NCBI GenBank assembly: GCA_017381015.1
Contig: JAFOCV010000045.1
Coordinates: 5,628 to 69,627 of the forward strand
Source: Bacteroidaceae bacterium
GTDB lineage: Bacteria; Bacteroidota; Bacteroidia; Bacteroidales; Bacteroidaceae
Direction of reading: 5' to 3'
Length of the DNA: 64,000 nt
The position numbers and the translations under genes are program-made. Shown in pieces: positions 53,198 through 63,976 of this stretch. Below the pieces are notes generated by a model. It was not told where the DNA came from and ran no database searches. It saw only the letters and a list, made by a program, of their open reading frames with translations. How positions within the stretch are numbered: position 1 is the stretch's first letter; every line of letters starts with the position of its first letter.

Positions 53198-53205
53198 TAA
53201 ATTTG
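53198..53205 (+). promoter_or_regulatory. -7 promoter box TAAATTTG for dfx
   Basis: Matches TAnnTTTG 67 nt upstream of the ATG at 53272. Confidence 0.5.
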
Positions 53206-53271
53206 CATCAGATTCAAGAGAAAATGAATCAGGAAACCTAAATGAACACTAACACTTTAAAATGAAGAATT

Positions 53272-53646
53272 ATGGCAACAAGATTTTATAAATGCAACCA
53301 TTGTGGCAACGTAATAGTAAAGGTAGTAAATGCGGCCGTGCCAGTAGTATGCTGTGGCGAAATCATGGAAGAGCTCAAGCCCAACACCGTTGATGCCAGC
53401 GCCGAGAAGCACGTCCCTATGGTAACACCACTGGATGGTGGTAAACTACAGATAGAGGTGGGAAGCGTACATCACCCCATGCTACCCGAACACCATATCT
53501 CGTTCGTCTATGTAGAGACAGACAACGGTGGGATATTGGTAAACCTGAAAGACAAACCCATAGCAACCGTAACCCTTGGCGATGCCAAGCCATTGGCCGT
53601 GTATGAATATTGCAACTTGCACGGACTTTGGAAAAAAGACCTATAG
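53272..53646 (+). CDS. dfx: desulfoferrodoxin (2Fe superoxide reductase)
   Basis: 124 aa. The N-terminal desulforedoxin centre has CNHC...CCG. The centre II ligands are EKHVP, HPM..EHHI and CNLHGLW. Confidence 0.9.
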   Translation: MATRFYKCNHCGNVIVKVVNAAVPVVCCGEIMEELKPNTVDASAEKHVPMVTPLDGGKLQIEVGSVHHPMLPEHHISFVYVETDNGGILVNLKDKPIATVTLGDAKPLAVYEYCNLHGLWKKDL

Positions 53647-53893
53647 AGCGAAAACAATCCCTTTTATAGCACACGCAGAGGGAAGCGAAGAATGCACAGT
53701 TGAACATAACACTTTTTCTCCTATCCAGCATCTCTTTTCTTCCCTCTTTCTTCCCTCAAAGAGAAGATTTCCAACAATAAAAACTCCTCCATTTACCCCC
53801 TAAAACACACCAAAAACACAAAAAATACGGATATTTTACTATATTTCAGCAACTTTTTCTGCATTTACACATAATTATATGAAGAAAAAGTCT

Positions 53894-53901
53894 TAACTTT
53901 G
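53894..53901 (+). promoter_or_regulatory. -7 promoter box TAACTTTG for rimP-nusA-infB
   Basis: Matches TAnnTTTG 105 nt upstream of the rimP ATG. Confidence 0.55.
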
Positions 53902-53921
53902 CGTGCAGAACAGCACGAGAG

Positions 53922-53951
53922 AGTGAGGGGCCACACAGGTTCCTCACTTTT
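53922..53951 (+). terminator. terminator-like hairpin inside the rimP-nusA-infB leader (attenuator candidate)
   Basis: AGTGAGG (53922-53928) pairs with CCTCACT (53942-53948) and is followed by TTTT. It starts about 20 nt after the -7 box. Confidence 0.45.
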
Positions 53952-54005
53952 CGTTAACGGAAAAAGTTATAAAGTAAGAATTTGCATTAAGCTTTAGTCG
54001 AAGAA

Positions 54006-54467
54006 ATGATTAGCAAAAGTGCCGTAGAAAAAGCCGTACATGAATGGCTAGAAGGAAAAGAGTATTTCCTAGTAGAGATTAACATCAGCGCAGACGACAG
54101 AATCGAAGTACTCATCGACCACGCCGAGGGTGTGTGGATTGAGGATTGTGCCGACCTGAGCCGATACATCGAATCACAAATCAATCGTGAAGATGAAGAC
54201 TACGAACTTGAGGTAGGAAGCGCAGGATTGGGCTACCCCTTCAAGGTGCGTCGCCAATGGGAAATACACTTGCAGAAGCCCGTTGAAACACAATTGAAGG
54301 ATGGACACAAGTATCGTGGCATACTCACATCCGTAGACGAAGAAACCTTTACCATCACCTGCGAAGAGAAGGTAAAGCGCGAAGGCGAAAAGCGACCCAA
54401 GATGGAACAGGTACCACACACCTTCAACTACGACGAAGCTGCATTCACCAAATACTGGATAAAATAA
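54006..54467 (+). CDS. rimP: ribosome maturation factor RimP
   Basis: 153 aa. The N-terminal RimP fold pattern is present (FLVEINISADDRIEVLIDHAEGV...LEVGSAGL), and the gene sits directly upstream of nusA. Confidence 0.9.
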   Translation: MISKSAVEKAVHEWLEGKEYFLVEINISADDRIEVLIDHAEGVWIEDCADLSRYIESQINREDEDYELEVGSAGLGYPFKVRRQWEIHLQKPVETQLKDGHKYRGILTSVDEETFTITCEEKVKREGEKRPKMEQVPHTFNYDEAAFTKYWIK

Positions 54468-54478
54468 AAACTACATAA

Positions 54479-55750
54479 ATGGCAACAACAAAAACTAAAA
54501 GCACACTAAATCCTGTTGACTTGATTGAGTCATTCTCAGAATTTAAGGAAACCAAAAACATCGACCGCGCCACTCTAGTGGGCGTTTTGGAAGAATGTTT
54601 CCGTAGCGTTATTGCAAAAATCAATGGCACCGACGAGAACTATGACGTCATCGTCAACCCCGACAAAGGTGACCTGGAAATCTATCAGAACCGAGTAGTA
54701 GTAGCCGATGGCGAGGTAAAGAACCCCAATATGGAAATCAACCTCACCGATGCTCGTAAGATTGACGAAGACTACGAAGAGGGCGAAGAGGTTTCTCAGA
54801 AGGTAGAATTTCAGGACTTCGGCCGTCGTGCCATCCTCACCCTTCGTCAAACCCTGGCTAGCCGCATCCTGGAACTAGAGCACGACACTCTCTACAACAA
54901 GTTCAAAGACCGTGTGGGCGAAGTGATTCATGGCGAAGTATATCAGAGCTGGAAGCGCGAAACATTGGTAACCGACGACGAAGGCAACGAAATGATTCTT
55001 CCTAAGACAGAACAGGTACCTGGCGACTTCTTCCGCAAGGGCGAAACCCTACGTGCTGTAATCAGCCGTGTAGACAACACCAATGGCAACCCCAAGATTA
55101 TCATCTCTCGTACCGACCCAATGTTCCTTCAGCGCATGTTGGAGACAGAGGTTCCCGAAATACACGATGGCCTTATTGCCATCCGCAAGGTAGCACGCAT
55201 CCCTGGCGAGCGCGCCAAGGTAGCCGTAGAGAGCTTTGACGACCGCATCGACCCCGTAGGCGCATGTGTAGGTGTCAAGGGTAATCGTATTCACGGCATT
55301 GTACGCGAATTGCACGGAGAGAATATCGACGTATTGCCATGGACATCAAATGCTCAGTTGATGATTACACGCGCACTAAGCCCAGCTCGCGTAAACACCA
55401 TCAACATGAACGAAGAGGAAAAGAAGGCCGAAGTACTCTTGGATAGCGACCAGATTTCATTGGCCATCGGTAAGGGCGGTGCCAATATCAAGTTGGCAAG
55501 CATCCTCACAGGTTATGTCATCGACGTATATCGCGAAATCGACGAGGAAATCGACGAGGACGATATCAGCCTTGACCAGTTCAACGACGACATCGAACAA
55601 TGGGTGATTGACGAACTCAGAAAGCAGGGCTATGCAACTGCTCGTCAGATTTTGGGTACCTCACGCGAGGAATTGGTGGACAAGACCGACCTCGAGGAAG
55701 AAACCATCGACGAAATCATCCGCATCCTGAGCGCAGAATTTGAGAAATAA
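54479..55750 (+). CDS. nusA: transcription termination/antitermination factor NusA
   Basis: 423 aa. It has a NusA N-terminal domain, an S1 domain (GEVIHGEVYQ), two KH domains (ACVGVKGNRIHGI; IGKGGANIKLAS) and an acidic C-terminus. Confidence 0.95.
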   Translation: MATTKTKSTLNPVDLIESFSEFKETKNIDRATLVGVLEECFRSVIAKINGTDENYDVIVNPDKGDLEIYQNRVVVADGEVKNPNMEINLTDARKIDEDYEEGEEVSQKVEFQDFGRRAILTLRQTLASRILELEHDTLYNKFKDRVGEVIHGEVYQSWKRETLVTDDEGNEMILPKTEQVPGDFFRKGETLRAVISRVDNTNGNPKIIISRTDPMFLQRMLETEVPEIHDGLIAIRKVARIPGERAKVAVESFDDRIDPVGACVGVKGNRIHGIVRELHGENIDVLPWTSNAQLMITRALSPARVNTINMNEEEKKAEVLLDSDQISLAIGKGGANIKLASILTGYVIDVYREIDEEIDEDDISLDQFNDDIEQWVIDELRKQGYATARQILGTSREELVDKTDLEEETIDEIIRILSAEFEK

Positions 55751-55797
55751 AATTTATTTAACACTAACCAAGATAATACCCCGGGAGGGATACACAA

Positions 55798-58575
55798 ATG
55801 AGTATAAGACTAAGCAAAGCAATAAAAGAGTGTAACGTAGGTTTGCAAACTGCTGTTGACTACCTCAATTCCAAGGGTGGCGAAGTAGAGGCTAACCTCA
55901 ACACTAAAATATCTGACGAGCAATACCAACAATTGCTCAAGGAATTCAAACCCGATAGCGTTCTGAAAAATGCTGCCAACAACATGCTCCAGCAGCAGAA
56001 AGAAGAAAAGGAACGCAAGGAGCAAGCAAAGGCAGAGGCTAAAGCAAAGGCTAAGGCAGAAGCAGAAGCCAAGGCAAAGGCCGAAGAAGAGGCAAGAAAG
56101 AAAGCTCAGGAAGAAGAAGCCAAGAAGCAATCCATCAAGGTTGTTGGCCATATCGACCTCGATGCTCCCAAGAAAAAGGCAGAAGAGCCCAAGCCCGTTG
56201 TTGAAGAAACCAAGGCTGCTCCAGCCGAAGACAATGGTGCTCAGATCATCACCGATGGTAAGGTTACTGGTACCTTGGAGAACGGCGTATTCCGCTTGAA
56301 TGCTCCCCAGCAACCCAGCAATGGTTTGAAGGTACAGGGTCATATCGACCTCTCTGCACTCAACCAAAGCACTCGTCCCAAGAAGAAGTCAAAGGACGAA
56401 CGTAAGCGCGAACGCGAAGAAAAGCAGCAACAGGCTCAAGCCGAGCGCAAGAAGCAGCGCGTACGTGGTGCCAAGGAGAAGGTAGACGTAAATGCCGTTG
56501 TTTCTCAGCAAAAGCAACAAGGCGGAAAGAATCAGCAGGGTGGTGGCAAGAACCAGCAAGGCGGTGGAAAGAACAACAATGCCAATGGTCAGCAACAGGG
56601 TCAGCCTCAGGGAAAGAAAGCTAAGAACAAGCAAAAGAATCAACCAAAGCAACAGGTACAACCCGCTGAAGTAAGCGAAGAGGAAGTAGCAAAGCAGGTT
56701 CGCGAGACATTGGCTCGTCTGACATCAAAGAACAAGGTTGGCAAGGGTGCCAAGTACCGTCGTGAGAAGCGCGAAGCCTTCCGCGAACAGATGGAAGAGG
56801 AGATGATGAACGAGATGGCAGAAAACAAGGTGCTAAAGCTCACCGAGTTTGTAACTGCCAACGAATTGGCTACCATGATGAACGTACCCGTTACCAACAT
56901 TATTGGTACCTGTATGAGCATCGGTATCATGGTTAGTATCAACCAGCGCCTGGATGCCGAAACCATCAATATCGTGGCTGAAGAATATGGCTTCAAGACA
57001 GAGTACGTAAGTGCCGAGGTAAGCGAAGCCGTTATCGAGGAGGAAGACGATGAGTCAGATTTGGTTCCTCGCGCTCCCATCGTAACCGTGATGGGTCACG
57101 TTGACCATGGTAAGACATCATTGCTTGACTATGTGCGTGAAGCCAACGTAATCGCCGGTGAGGCTGGTGGTATTACTCAGCACATTGGTGCCTACAACGT
57201 AGAGTTGAAGGATGGCCGTCACGTAACCTTCCTTGACACCCCTGGTCACGAAGCATTTACCGCTATGCGTGCTCGTGGTGCTCAGGTTACCGATATTGCC
57301 ATCATCATCATTGCAGCCGATGATAATATCATGCCTCAGACAAAGGAGGCTATTGCTCACGCAACAGCTGCTAATGTACCCATCGTATTTGCTATTAATA
57401 AGATAGATAAGCCCACCGCCAACCCCGACAAGATTAAGGAAGGTCTGGCAGCAATGAACTTCCTTGTGGAGGATTGGGGTGGTAAGTATCAGAGCCAGGA
57501 CATCAGTGCCAAGAGTGGTCTTGGTGTGGAGGAACTTCTTGAAAAGGTTCTTCTCGAAGCAGAAATGCTTGACCTCAAGGCTAACCCCAACCGCAAGGCA
57601 ACTGGTTCTATCATTGAATCATCACTGGACAAGGGTCGTGGCTATGTAGCTACCGTATTGGTAAGCAACGGTACCTTGCGCGTAGGTGATGTAATGTTGG
57701 CTGGTACCAACTATGGTCGTGTCAAGGCTATGTTCGATGAGCGTGGTCACCGCGTTACCGAGATTGGTCCTTCACAAGCAGCTACCATCCTTGGCTTGAA
57801 TGGTGCTCCCACCGCAGGTGACTCATTCCACATCATGGAGAGCGACCAGGAAGCACGCGAAATAGCCAACAAGCGCGAACAATTGGCACGCGAACAGGGT
57901 TTGCGTACAATGAAGCGCGTTGACTTGACCGAAATTGGTCGTCGTATCGCTTTGGGCGACTTCCAGGAGTTGAATCTGCTTGTTAAGGGTGACGTAGACG
58001 GTTCTATCGAGGCATTGAAAGACTCATTCGAACGCTTGTCAACCGAGAAGATTAAGGTTAATGTCATCTACAAGGCCGTTGGTCAGATTAGCGAAAGCGA
58101 TGTAACCCTGGCAGCAGCATCTGATGCTATCATCATTGCCTTCCAGGTACGTCCCAGCGCACAGGCACGCCGCCTGGCAGAGCAAGAGGGTGTGGACATC
58201 CGTCAGTATAGTGTCATCTATGATGCTATCGAGGAGGTCAAGGATGCCATGGAAGGTATGCTATCACCCGAAATCAAGGAAGAAGTTACCGCTCAGGTGG
58301 AAGTGCGCCAGGTATACCATATCTCCAAGGTTGGTACCGTTGCAGGTGCCTACGTTATTGATGGTAAGGTTAGCCGCACCAACAAGGCACGTGTCATTCG
58401 CGATGGTATCGTAATCTTCACTGGTGCTATCAATGCATTGAAGCGCTTCAAGGACGATGTCAAGGAGGTTACCACCAACTTTGAGTGTGGTATCTCATTG
58501 ACCAACTACAACGACCTTCGCGAGGGCGATATTATCGAAACCTTTGCCGAGATTGAAATCAAGGCCAAGTTGTAA
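55798..58575 (+). CDS. infB: translation initiation factor IF-2
   Basis: 925 aa with a low-complexity Lys/Ala/Glu/Gln N-terminal third. The GTPase motifs are [17 protein letters not shown] and NKID. The C-terminal domains are conserved. Confidence 0.95.
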   Translation: MSIRLSKAIKECNVGLQTAVDYLNSKGGEVEANLNTKISDEQYQQLLKEFKPDSVLKNAANNMLQQQKEEKERKEQAKAEAKAKAKAEAEAKAKAEEEARKKAQEEEAKKQSIKVVGHIDLDAPKKKAEEPKPVVEETKAAPAEDNGAQIITDGKVTGTLENGVFRLNAPQQPSNGLKVQGHIDLSALNQSTRPKKKSKDERKREREEKQQQAQAERKKQRVRGAKEKVDVNAVVSQQKQQGGKNQQGGGKNQQGGGKNNNANGQQQGQPQGKKAKNKQKNQPKQQVQPAEVSEEEVAKQVRETLARLTSKNKVGKGAKYRREKREAFREQMEEEMMNEMAENKVLKLTEFVTANELATMMNVPVTNIIGTCMSIGIMVSINQRLDAETINIVAEEYGFKTEYVSAEVSEAVIEEEDDESDLVPRAPIVTVMGHVDHGKTSLLDYVREANVIAGEAGGITQHIGAYNVELKDGRHVTFLDTPGHEAFTAMRARGAQVTDIAIIIIAADDNIMPQTKEAIAHATAANVPIVFAINKIDKPTANPDKIKEGLAAMNFLVEDWGGKYQSQDISAKSGLGVEELLEKVLLEAEMLDLKANPNRKATGSIIESSLDKGRGYVATVLVSNGTLRVGDVMLAGTNYGRVKAMFDERGHRVTEIGPSQAATILGLNGAPTAGDSFHIMESDQEAREIANKREQLAREQGLRTMKRVDLTEIGRRIALGDFQELNLLVKGDVDGSIEALKDSFERLSTEKIKVNVIYKAVGQISESDVTLAAASDAIIIAFQVRPSAQARRLAEQEGVDIRQYSVIYDAIEEVKDAMEGMLSPEIKEEVTAQVEVRQVYHISKVGTVAGAYVIDGKVSRTNKARVIRDGIVIFTGAINALKRFKDDVKEVTTNFECGISLTNYNDLREGDIIETFAEIEIKAKL

Positions 58576-58586
58576 TAAGCACTCTA

Positions 58587-59060
58587 ATGGACATAATACA
58601 GGAACTCGACAAGTACGTCGAGATGATTCCTCTGAGCATAACGGAAATAGTAATAATAGCCCTATTGCTGTATGGAGCGATAAGGGGAATAATAAATGGA
58701 TTTTTGAAGGAACTGGCCAGTATGACCGGTTTCTTCATTGGTCTGTTTTTGGCTTGGAAGTACTACGAGCAAACAGGTGGTGGAGTACTGGCCTTCCTTG
58801 GTATATGGATAGTCACACCAATTACCCTGGGCATATTGGCATCGCTGGTAACCAAGCTACTTGATTGGACACTGGTTGGCGGATTGGCCAATCGTCTGCT
58901 CGGATGCATCTTTGGCGTGGTAAAGTGGGCAGCCCTTATTATATGCGTGCTCATCGTTACCGGCCAGGAGGAAAACCTAGACAAATACATTGATCACGAG
59001 TCCATACCCGGAGTTACATATATAGAAGAAAAATGGAAGACATTACTAGAGAATTTGTAA
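58587..59060 (+). CDS. cvpA: CvpA-family membrane protein
   Basis: 157 aa with 4 TM helices. The N-terminus is CvpA-like ([23 protein letters not shown]). Confidence 0.7.
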   Translation: MDIIQELDKYVEMIPLSITEIVIIALLLYGAIRGIINGFLKELASMTGFFIGLFLAWKYYEQTGGGVLAFLGIWIVTPITLGILASLVTKLLDWTLVGGLANRLLGCIFGVVKWAALIICVLIVTGQEENLDKYIDHESIPGVTYIEEKWKTLLENL

Positions 59061-60469
59061 ATAAAGACTACGAATATGGCTTCCATACGGACGTTCACAC
59101 GGAGATAATAGAAAAGGGACTTAATGAAGATATAGTTCGCCTTATCTCCAAGAAAAAAGGCGAGCCTGAATGGTTGCTAGAATTCCGTTTGAAAGCCTTT
59201 AGATACTGGCAAACTCAAGAACAACCCACCTGGGCACATCTGGATATGCCAGAGATTGATTATCAAGACATATCATACTATGCCGACCCTACGGCCAGTG
59301 CCAAGAAGGATGGCCCCAAGGAGATAGACCCCGAGCTGATGAAGACCTTCGACAAGCTGGGCATCCCCCTGGAGGAGCGCATGGCATTGGCTGGTGTGGC
59401 CGTTGATGCCGTAATGGATAGTGTGTCGGTAAAAACCACCTTCCAGGAGAAGCTGAAGGAGAAAGGCATTATCTTCTGCAGCATCTCGGAAGCCGTACAG
59501 AATCACCCCGATTTGGTACGCGAATACCTTGGTTCTGTAGTACCTTATAGAGACAATTATTTTGCGGCTCTCAATTCGGCCGTATTCTCTGATGGTAGTT
59601 TTGTGTACATTCCCAAGGGAGTAAGATGCCCTATGGAATTGAGCACATACTTCCGCATCAATGCCTCGGGCACTGGTCAGTTTGAGCGCACTCTGATAGT
59701 GTGCGATGACGATGCCTACGTTTCCTATCTCGAGGGATGTACGGCTCCCATGCGCGACGAAAATCAATTGCACGCGGCCATAGTGGAGATTGTGGTGAAG
59801 GACAGAGCCGAAGTAAAGTATTCCACCGTTCAGAACTGGTATCCTGGTGATAAAGACGGTAAGGGTGGTGTGCTGAACCTGGTAACGAAGCGTGGACACC
59901 TGCGAGGAGTGGATAGCCGCCTCTCCTGGACACAGGTAGAAACGGGTAGTGCCATCACATGGAAATACCCCTCGTGCATACTTTCCGGTGATGGTTCGCA
60001 AGCAGAGTTTTACTCCGTGGCCGTTACCAACAACTATCAGCAGGCAGATACAGGTACCAAGATGATTCATATAGGCAAGAACACCAAGAGCACCATCATC
60101 AGCAAGGGTATCAGTGCCGGAAAGAGCCAAAACTCGTACAGAGGACTGGTCAAGGTTTCAGCCAATGCCGATGGTGCAAGAAACTATTCCTGTTGTGACT
60201 CCTTGCTCCTAGGCAGCACATGCGGAGCTCACACCTTCCCCTATATGGATATCCACAACGATACGGCCATCATCGAGCACGAGGCTACTACGAGCAAGAT
60301 TTCCGAAGAGCAACTCTTCTATTGTCAACAACGTGGAATATCCTCGGAAGATGCAGTTAGCCTAATCGTCAACGGTTATGCCAAAGATGTGATTAACAAG
60401 CTACCTATGGAGTTTGCCGTTGAAGCACAAAAACTCTTGGGAGTAAGTCTTGAAGGGTCTGTAGGATAA
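59033..60469 (+). CDS. sufB: Fe-S cluster assembly protein SufB
   Basis: 478 aa. The conserved SufB core is present ([27 protein letters not shown]...[31 protein letters not shown]). It overlaps the cvpA 3' end by 28 nt. Confidence 0.95.
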   Translation: MEDITREFVNKDYEYGFHTDVHTEIIEKGLNEDIVRLISKKKGEPEWLLEFRLKAFRYWQTQEQPTWAHLDMPEIDYQDISYYADPTASAKKDGPKEIDPELMKTFDKLGIPLEERMALAGVAVDAVMDSVSVKTTFQEKLKEKGIIFCSISEAVQNHPDLVREYLGSVVPYRDNYFAALNSAVFSDGSFVYIPKGVRCPMELSTYFRINASGTGQFERTLIVCDDDAYVSYLEGCTAPMRDENQLHAAIVEIVVKDRAEVKYSTVQNWYPGDKDGKGGVLNLVTKRGHLRGVDSRLSWTQVETGSAITWKYPSCILSGDGSQAEFYSVAVTNNYQQADTGTKMIHIGKNTKSTIISKGISAGKSQNSYRGLVKVSANADGARNYSCCDSLLLGSTCGAHTFPYMDIHNDTAIIEHEATTSKISEEQLFYCQQRGISSEDAVSLIVNGYAKDVINKLPMEFAVEAQKLLGVSLEGSVG

Positions 60470-60517
60470 TATAAAACTACCAGAAGACCTTTTCAGACCC
60501 CAAAAACTATACGTACT

Positions 60518-61258
60518 ATGCTAGAAATACGCAATCTACATGCCAGTATTAATGGCAAAGAAATATTAAAAGGTATCAATCTTATCATCAACGATGGCGA
60601 GATTCATGCCGTAATGGGAACCAATGGTGCAGGCAAGTCCACACTGAGCAATGTCATCGTTGGCAATCCCGCATACGAGGTGACCGAGGGAGAAATCATC
60701 TTCAACGGACAGAACCTCCTGGAGATGAATACCGAGGAAAGAGCCAATGCCGGTATCTTCCTCTCCTTCCAGCAACCAGTGGAGATTCCCGGTGTGTCTA
60801 TGACCAACTTTATGCGAGCTGCCGTTAATGCTCGCTACAAGGCTCAGGGCCGCGAATTACTCTCTGCCGGTGATTTTCTCAAGCTCATGAGAGAGAAGAG
60901 AAAGATAGTGGAACTGGACAACAAGCTCACCTCTCGCTCCGTCAATGAGGGTTTTTCCGGTGGTGAGAAGAAGCGCAACGAGATATTCCAGATGGCTATG
61001 CTCGAACCCACGTTCTGCATTCTGGACGAGACGGACTCTGGTCTTGACGTAGATGCTTTGCGCATCGTGGCAGAAGGCTTCAACAAGTTGCGCAAACCTG
61101 AAACCAGCGCTATCGTCATCACCCACTATCGCCGACTACTGGATTATCTCAAGCCCGACATAGTGCATGTGCTTATTGATGGCAAGATAATAAAGACTGG
61201 TGGACCCGAATTGGCTCTGGAAATCGACGAAAAGGGTTTTGCCGATTATCAGGGCTAA
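60518..61258 (+). CDS. sufC: Fe-S cluster assembly ATPase SufC
   Basis: 246 aa. It has Walker A GTNGAGKST, the ABC signature FSGGEKKR, Walker B FCILDETDSGLD, and an H-loop ITHY. Confidence 0.95.
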   Translation: MLEIRNLHASINGKEILKGINLIINDGEIHAVMGTNGAGKSTLSNVIVGNPAYEVTEGEIIFNGQNLLEMNTEERANAGIFLSFQQPVEIPGVSMTNFMRAAVNARYKAQGRELLSAGDFLKLMREKRKIVELDNKLTSRSVNEGFSGGEKKRNEIFQMAMLEPTFCILDETDSGLDVDALRIVAEGFNKLRKPETSAIVITHYRRLLDYLKPDIVHVLIDGKIIKTGGPELALEIDEKGFADYQG

Positions 61259-61306
61259 GAGACACAAAGAGGAAGATTGACATATATTCACTATAGACAA
61301 TCGTAA

Positions 61307-62518
61307 ATGAAGAATAATCAATATGTAGAGTTCTACACTCAGGTACGGGACACCATACGCCAGCGCTCATGTCCCGTGATGAATGCTCATCGCGACGAGG
61401 CCTTCAGCACCTTCTCGGCTATAGGATTCCCCACTCAGAAGGTAGAACGATATAAATACACTGACGTAGCTCAAGACTTTGCTCCTGACTACGGCATACA
61501 ACTTTCTTCTACTACTGGCGACAGGACCGAATTCTGTTGCTCGCTCAAGGACGCTCCCATCGACGTAGCACCTTATTACAATAGTATTGCCAACAAGCAG
61601 GATGCCGTGGTGGCTCTCAATACCATGCTTGCCGTTGATGCCTTGCTCGTATACGTACCTAAGGGTATCAAGGCCAAGCACCCCATACAAATCAACAATA
61701 CTCTCAAGGGCAAGCAAGATACGATGATCAACCGACGCATTCTCATCATGATGGAGGAAGGTGCCGAGGCTGATATCATCATTACCGACCATGCCGCCGA
61801 CCATCAGCAATTCCTCACCAATCAGGTGGTGGAGGTGTTCTGCCAAGATAATAGTCATCTGAACCTGTACGAGATAGAGGAAACCAACCTCATGTGCACT
61901 CGCTATAGCAATGTGTTCATCCACGAAGGCAGAGATTGTTCCGTACGTCACACCTCGCTGACTATCTTCAATGGTCACACTCGCAATACCTGCCATGTGC
62001 AAATGGTGGGAGAGCATTCCGAGGTGACACTACACGGATGCGTCATTGCCGATAAGATGCAACGTGTGGACAATAATACCTGCATAGAGCATATGGTACC
62101 TAATTGCCAATCCAGGGAGCTCTACAAATACATTCTTGATGATAGCGCCATTGGTGCCTTTGCCGGTATGATTCATGTGCACAAGGATGCTCAGAAGACA
62201 TCTTCTTCGATGACCAATGCCAATCTTTGCGCCACTCGCCAGTCAAGGATGTACACCCAACCCATGCTGGAGATTTATGCCGACGATGTCAAGTGCTCGC
62301 ACGGTAGCACCGTTGGCCAACTGAACGACCAGGCACTGCTCTATATGCGCCAGCGCGGTATATCGCTATCCGAGGCTCAGTTGCTCCTCAAGTCGGCCTT
62401 CATCACCGAGGTGATAGACAATATCCCTCTGGAGGCTCTGCGCGACAGACTTCATATCATCGTGGACAAGCGCATGCGCGGAGAATTGAGCAAATGCGAG
62501 GGATGTAAGCTTTGCTAA
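61307..62518 (+). CDS. sufD: Fe-S cluster assembly protein SufD
   Basis: 403 aa. It has a SufB/D beta-helix core and a conserved C-terminus (KCSHGSTVGQLNDQALLYMRQRGIS...A..LL..AF), and it sits between sufC and sufS. Confidence 0.85.
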   Translation: MKNNQYVEFYTQVRDTIRQRSCPVMNAHRDEAFSTFSAIGFPTQKVERYKYTDVAQDFAPDYGIQLSSTTGDRTEFCCSLKDAPIDVAPYYNSIANKQDAVVALNTMLAVDALLVYVPKGIKAKHPIQINNTLKGKQDTMINRRILIMMEEGAEADIIITDHAADHQQFLTNQVVEVFCQDNSHLNLYEIEETNLMCTRYSNVFIHEGRDCSVRHTSLTIFNGHTRNTCHVQMVGEHSEVTLHGCVIADKMQRVDNNTCIEHMVPNCQSRELYKYILDDSAIGAFAGMIHVHKDAQKTSSSMTNANLCATRQSRMYTQPMLEIYADDVKCSHGSTVGQLNDQALLYMRQRGISLSEAQLLLKSAFITEVIDNIPLEALRDRLHIIVDKRMRGELSKCEGCKLC

Positions 62519-62527
62519 AACTGAAAA

Positions 62528-62577
62528 CGGAAAGGTGAAAACGAAAACTAACAGATTAAAGGATTTTCACCTTTCCG
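62528..62577 (+). terminator. 14-bp-stem hairpin between sufD and sufS
   Basis: CGGAAAGGTGAAAA (62528-62541) pairs with TTTTCACCTTTCCG (62564-62577). It is embedded in 'gaaaac/ttccg' word repeats. Confidence 0.55.
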
Positions 62578-62678
62578 ATAGAACAAGTTTTCCGATTTAA
62601 ACAAGTTTGATTGCTCTCGCTTACTCGCAGATTTCGGTTCGCTATAGTTTTCCGTTTTCACATTTCCGATTTCCGTTT

Positions 62679-63920
62679 ATGAACAGACAGGACTTTCCTA
62701 TTTTAGAGAAAACCATATACAAGAAGTACCCGCTCGTGTATCTGGACAATGGTGCTACTACGCAAAAACCCAGATGCGTGGTGGAGGCCATGAGCCACGA
62801 GTATTACAATGTCAATGCCAATGTGCATCGTGGTGTACACTTCCTTTCACAAGCAGCCACCGACCTGCACGAGGGTAGCCGAGAGACGGTGAGAAAATTC
62901 ATCGGTGCCGAAAAGACCAGCGAGATAATCTTCACACGTGGCACCACTGAGAGCATCAATCTGGTGGCTTCATGCTTCTCGCAGGCCTTCATGAAGGAAG
63001 GCGACGAGGTCATCGTGAGCCACATGGAGCACCATTCCAATATCGTCTCGTGGCAATTGGTACAGGCTCGCATGGGTATCAAAATCAGAGTTATCCCTAT
63101 CACCGACGATGGCCGATTGGACATAGAGGCATACAAGGCTCTCTTCAACGAGCGCACGCGCCTCGTCTCCGTCACGCACGTGAGCAATGTGCTGGGCACC
63201 ATTAATCCCGTCAAGCAACTCATAGACATAGCCCATCAGCACGATGTACCCATCCTGATTGATGGCGCACAGAGCACTCCGCACATGGCCATCAATGTCA
63301 AGGATATGGATTGCGACTTCTTTGCCTTCTCCGGACATAAGACCTATGGTCCTACCGGCATTGGCGTACTATACGGCAAGGAGAAATGGTTGGAACATAT
63401 GCCTCCCTACATGGGTGGAGGAGATATGATAAAGACCGTATCCTTCGAGCATACCACCTTCAATGTCCTTCCCTACAAGTTTGAGGCGGGTACGCCCGAT
63501 TATGTGGCTTCCACAGGCCTTGCCAAAGCCCTGGAATATCTCATGAACATAGGCATGGACAATATAGAGAAGCACGAGCGCGAACTGACCCTCTATGCCA
63601 TCAATAAGATGCAGGAGATAGAGGGTATGCACATCTTTGGCCCTATCGGCGAGCATGTCCACGAGCACGATGCCGTCATCTCGTTCGAGGTCAAACCATT
63701 AGGCGCCACACCCCACACTCCCTACATCCATCATCTGGACATGGGCACTCTGCTTGACCGCCTCGGCATAGCCGTTCGCACGGGTCATCATTGCGCCGAA
63801 CCACTCATGAGAAGATTGGGCGTGGAAGGCACTTGCAGAGCCTCTTTTGGTTTGTACAATACCAAAGAAGAAATAGACACGCTTGTACAAGGCATCAAAC
63901 GAGTGCAAAGTATGTTCTAA
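62679..63920 (+). CDS. sufS: cysteine desulfurase SufS
   Basis: 413 aa from the ATG at 62679 (MNRQDFPILEK). It has the PLP Lys in SGHKTYGPTG and the catalytic Cys loop RTGHHCAEP. The 24 upstream codons of the ORF-track entry are low-complexity repeat DNA. Confidence 0.9.
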   Translation: MNRQDFPILEKTIYKKYPLVYLDNGATTQKPRCVVEAMSHEYYNVNANVHRGVHFLSQAATDLHEGSRETVRKFIGAEKTSEIIFTRGTTESINLVASCFSQAFMKEGDEVIVSHMEHHSNIVSWQLVQARMGIKIRVIPITDDGRLDIEAYKALFNERTRLVSVTHVSNVLGTINPVKQLIDIAHQHDVPILIDGAQSTPHMAINVKDMDCDFFAFSGHKTYGPTGIGVLYGKEKWLEHMPPYMGGGDMIKTVSFEHTTFNVLPYKFEAGTPDYVASTGLAKALEYLMNIGMDNIEKHERELTLYAINKMQEIEGMHIFGPIGEHVHEHDAVISFEVKPLGATPHTPYIHHLDMGTLLDRLGIAVRTGHHCAEPLMRRLGVEGTCRASFGLYNTKEEIDTLVQGIKRVQSMF

Positions 63921-63968
63921 ATATGGAAAAAGTAGTGCAACAAAGCCTATATTTTTAATATTTTTTCG

Positions 63969-63976
63969 TATCTTTG
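63969..63976 (+). promoter_or_regulatory. -7 promoter box TATCTTTG for a gene beyond the right edge
   Basis: Matches TAnnTTTG at the end of the window. No start codon lies inside the window. Confidence 0.35.

Noticed and set aside
55810-56367. 185-aa antisense ORF plus alternative-frame ORFs in the infB 5' third
   Set aside because: These are artefacts of the repetitive GAA/GCA-rich low-complexity region of IF-2, which stays open in several frames.
59273-60130. 285-aa ORF antisense to sufB (likewise 61367-62017 antisense to sufD and 62804-63338 antisense to sufS)
   Set aside because: The Suf proteins on the plus strand are highly conserved. The antisense products are low-complexity.
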